Source of the DNA: Desulfotalea psychrophila LSv54
GTDB taxonomy: Bacteria; Desulfobacterota; Desulfobulbia; Desulfobulbales; Desulfocapsaceae
Assembly: GCF_000025945.1 (NCBI RefSeq)
Contig: NC_006138.1
Span: 1,620,001-1,652,000, forward strand
Reading direction: 5' to 3'
DNA: 32,000 nt
Shown here: positions 29,266 through 32,000 of the stretch, in pieces
How positions within the stretch are numbered: position 1 is the first letter of the stretch
Layout of the letters: each line of letters opens with the position of its first letter
The notes under the pieces: generated by a model
The model's database searches: none
What the model saw: the letters and a program-made list of their open reading frames with translations, nothing else
What the model was told of the DNA's origin: nothing
Program-made: the position numbers and the translations under genes

Positions 29266-30276
29266 ATGGTGGATTCTGTGGCGCGGACTGTGGGCTTCCA
29301 GGCAGGGGAGCGTAATGTCTTTTTACATATATTGACTGCGTGTAATCTTTCCTGTGCGCACTGCTATATCAATCCCGAGCAGCACGGTAGTAATACCCTT
29401 GATAAAGAGACCATTGCCCATTGGCTTGATCTCTTTGCTGATGCTGAAAAAAAGTCTAACCTTATCCTCCTGGGAGGTGAGCCCACTCTCCACCCGGACC
29501 TTGCCGAGATAATATCGATTGCTAAGGCCAAGGGCTTTTCCGTAACCGTTGATTCCAATGGCTATCTGCACCATGATCTCTTGGAGCGAACAAGTCCTGA
29601 GGAGTTGGATTATCTCAGCTTTAGCCTTGATGGGCCCGATGCTGCGGTTAATGATCCCGTCCGTGGTGAAGGTGTTTATGATGTCTGCGTAGCTAATATT
29701 CGCAGGGCAATTGCCAAGGGCTTTCGGGTCAGTCTTATCTATACGGTCAGCGGTCGTAATATAGAGGCGCTGGATCGTATGCCTGCCCTTCTTGATTCCC
29801 TTGGGGTGGAACGGTTTTTTATTCAGGTCATTGGCCTGCGGGGAGAGTCGGCCAAGGCTGGTAAGGGGGATCTGCAGGTAGATCGGCGTCGTTGGTTCGA
29901 GGTGGTGCCGGCAGTGGCGGCAGATGCCGCAGCCAGAGGGATTCATGTAACCTGGCCCAAGGTCTTTTTAGGGGACGGGGAGGTCTTTCAGTGTGCGGGC
30001 AATGTGGCAGAGAACTATTTTGTCTTTCCCAATGGCCGGGTCTATCAGTGTCCTCTCTGTGAGGATTATCCGCTCCACTCTTACTGCATTAAAGATGGTC
30101 AGCTGCAGGCGCGGGAGGGTTTGACTGAAAAGAATTTCTTTTCTCTTGATATAGCTGAGGGGTGTGTGATGAATAAACTGCTTCAGCCTGAAAACATCAG
30201 CTATCGGGATGGGGTGGTGGAGAACAAGATCTCCTGCTGTATGCTTAAGCAGGAGATGGTTGGTGTAACTCGCTAG
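29266..30276 (+). CDS. Radical SAM protein with Cys-rich C-terminal region
   Basis: ACNLSCAHCYINP (CxxxCxxC), SFSLDGPD; additional C-terminal cysteines (QCPLCEDYPLHSYC, GCVM, SCCM). Confidence 0.9.
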   Translation: MVDSVARTVGFQAGERNVFLHILTACNLSCAHCYINPEQHGSNTLDKETIAHWLDLFADAEKKSNLILLGGEPTLHPDLAEIISIAKAKGFSVTVDSNGYLHHDLLERTSPEELDYLSFSLDGPDAAVNDPVRGEGVYDVCVANIRRAIAKGFRVSLIYTVSGRNIEALDRMPALLDSLGVERFFIQVIGLRGESAKAGKGDLQVDRRRWFEVVPAVAADAAARGIHVTWPKVFLGDGEVFQCAGNVAENYFVFPNGRVYQCPLCEDYPLHSYCIKDGQLQAREGLTEKNFFSLDIAEGCVMNKLLQPENISYRDGVVENKISCCMLKQEMVGVTR

Positions 30277-30305
30277 AGGTTCTGTCCGGCCGCCAGGTCA
30301 TAGGG

Positions 30306-31082
30306 CTAAGCATCATCCTTCTTGCTTGCCTTAACTCTGTTGAAGAGGGCGCTGAGGAAAATGCCTGATTCGTAGAGGAGGAACAGGGGGCCGGAGAGAA
30401 GGGCCGAGGCCATAAGGTCGCCTGCGCAGAGGAGAAAGGAGAGGGTGATGATGGCTATATAGAAGTACATCCTCTTCTGGCGAAAGTAGCGGGCCTGTAC
30501 GAGGTTTGCTTTGCCGGCCATCAGCATAAGAAATGGGATCTGGAAGGCAATGCCAAAGGTCAGGATGGTTCGTCCGACAAAGGTCAGGTAGAGTCCGAGC
30601 TTGGGTAGTGGCCTCATGGCCTCCGAGGTGTAGCTCATAAAGTAGGAGAGTATTTTGGGCAGTATAATGAAAAAGGCAAAACTCCCCCCGGCCAGAAAGA
30701 GCAGGGTTGACCAGAAGACCACTGTTCTGGCGATGCTCCTCTCCTTCTTGGTGAGACCGGGCGCAATAAAGGCCCAACTCTGGTATATGCAGTAGGGCAT
30801 GCTGCATATAAGGCCAATGAGGAGGGCAAGCTTGATATAGGCGAGAAAGGCCTCGGGGAGATTGGTGTATACCAATTTGTAGACAAGAGGGCTTGCCTCC
30901 TGCAGTGGCGTAATGCATGCCCGGGCAATTTGTTCGGAAAATATATAGGCAACTGCAGAACAGAGAACAATTGCAATGCCGATGCGGATAATCCTTTTGC
31001 GTAGCTCCAGGTGATGCGGGCGAAAGAGGGCAAGGCTACGTTCAAGCATTGGAATTGTCTGTTCGAGATTATAATGCCCCAT
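30306..31082 (-). CDS. tatC: Sec-independent translocase TatC
   Basis: Multi-pass membrane protein with HHLELRKRI and SFAFFIILPKILSYFMSYTSEAMRPLPKLGLYLTFVGRTILTFGIAFQIPFLM. Confidence 0.93.
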   Translation of the reverse strand: MGHYNLEQTIPMLERSLALFRPHHLELRKRIIRIGIAIVLCSAVAYIFSEQIARACITPLQEASPLVYKLVYTNLPEAFLAYIKLALLIGLICSMPYCIYQSWAFIAPGLTKKERSIARTVVFWSTLLFLAGGSFAFFIILPKILSYFMSYTSEAMRPLPKLGLYLTFVGRTILTFGIAFQIPFLMLMAGKANLVQARYFRQKRMYFYIAIITLSFLLCAGDLMASALLSGPLFLLYESGIFLSALFNRVKASKKDDA

Positions 31083-31518
31083 TCTCTTTCTCCTTATGAT
31101 CAGTACCAGGAGAATCTTGCTTTTCTTCTTTCTTATCCGTCTCGCTCTCCGGCTCAATTTCAATGAAGGTGCTGGTGTCAACCGCGTCCACGCTGGTGTT
31201 CTTCATCAGTTCCCGGTAGGCCGCGCCTGCCTCACCCAGATCCGAGGTGTCGGGGAGTTTGTCGAGGCCGTCTTTGAAGTTTGGAGTGGCAAGAAGATTG
31301 CTTTTCAGGGCAGCAGCGGCATCCTCCAACTCTTTTTTTGTTTCGCTGAGAGGGTTACCCTCTTTCTCTATGGATTGTTTGAATCCCTCTGCTGTTTTTT
31401 TCAGCTCCATGGCGCCCTTGGCAATGGAGCGGGCAAGTTCTGGAAGTTTGTCTGGGCCGACAACAATCAGGGCAAGGGCAAGGATGAGAATCATTTCCGG
31501 CAGGCCGATTCCAAACAT
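31069..31518 (-). CDS. tatB: Sec-independent translocase TatA/TatB-family protein, probably TatB
   Basis: MFGIGLPEMILILALALIVVGPDKLPELARSIAKG. Overlaps the tatC start; ATG at 31518. Confidence 0.88.
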   Translation of the reverse strand: MFGIGLPEMILILALALIVVGPDKLPELARSIAKGAMELKKTAEGFKQSIEKEGNPLSETKKELEDAAAALKSNLLATPNFKDGLDKLPDTSDLGEAGAAYRELMKNTSVDAVDTSTFIEIEPESETDKKEEKQDSPGTDHKEKENGAL

Positions 31519-31883
31519 AGTATTTCCTTTTTCGTTATGGGACAATGTTATTGAGGGATGAGACTGGCAGATTTTACGTCATTTTATCTCTGGTGTCAAT
31601 AACACCCCCTCTGCTCTGTTGCAGTCTCAGTCAGGTTTTTCTTAAGCCTAAGGTCTTGTTTCTTGGGGTTGGGGGGCGGGGTGTAGAGGTTTCTTACTAA
31701 AAATTTCAATGATTGACTTTTGCTCTTGATTTTGCTAAAATACCCTGTTTTTCTTGCGAGGTTGGCGACTGGGTTCGTAGGCCTCTTCTTTTTTTATGTC
31801 ATGTAACGTTTCGCAAGCAATCGTTATTTTAAATTTTTATGCTGAATCTAGTGACAGTTTCCAATCCTAATAGGAGAGAGTAG

Positions 31884-32000
31884 ATGTCCAGTGTTGTAGT
31901 TGTAGGTGCCCAATGGGGTGATGAAGGTAAGGGAAAGATTGTAGATTTATTGACAAAATACTCTGATTATATTGTTCGTTTTCAAGGCGGCAATAATGCA
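31884..32000 (+). CDS. purA: Adenylosuccinate synthase, N-terminus, truncated at window end
   Basis: Translation [39 protein letters not shown]. Absent from the supplied ORF track. Confidence 0.95.
   Translation, partial: MSSVVVVGAQWGDEGKGKIVDLLTKYSDYIVRFQGGNNA

Noticed and set aside
31096-31561. Plus-strand ORFs antisense to tatB
   Set aside because: Low-complexity Phe/Leu-rich translations complementary to tatB; not credible proteins.
1-32000. CRISPR array, transposase, tRNA or rRNA genes
   Set aside because: No regularly spaced repeats, transposase-like ORFs, or recognisable tRNA/rRNA signatures were seen by eye. A tRNAscan/Infernal run would be needed to be certain.

Overview
This 32 kb chromosomal window probably comes from a sulfate-reducing deltaproteobacterium; the Sat gene and the gene content suggest this, but no taxonomic search was done. 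About 15 kb is a type IV pilus / PilY1 region. It holds two near-identical-start major pilin genes (4720..5148 and 5947..6402, minus strand) next to a Wzy_C/PglL-like oligosaccharyltransferase. A plus-strand minor-pilin operon (pilin-GspH-PilW-PilV-PilX-PilY1-small secreted protein, 7055..13889) converges on a minus-strand second module (PilY1-GspH-PilV-PilW-PilX-pilin, 21730..14065). The flanks carry a sigma-54 response-regulator C-terminus, a PLP aminotransferase, a CopZ-like protein and a CopA ATPase, sat, aroB (with an in-frame TGA), a zinc-ribbon protein, a TadA-like deaminase, a radical SAM protein, tatC, tatB and the start of purA. Points worth a second look are: a G10 homopolymer just upstream of one pilin gene; a near-consensus sigma-54 promoter upstream of the other; two structurally different PilY1 proteins, one with an N-terminal CBM/malectin-like domain and a -1 frame disruption, the other with about three H-type-lectin-like repeats inserted in its VWA region; and the in-frame UGA in aroB.
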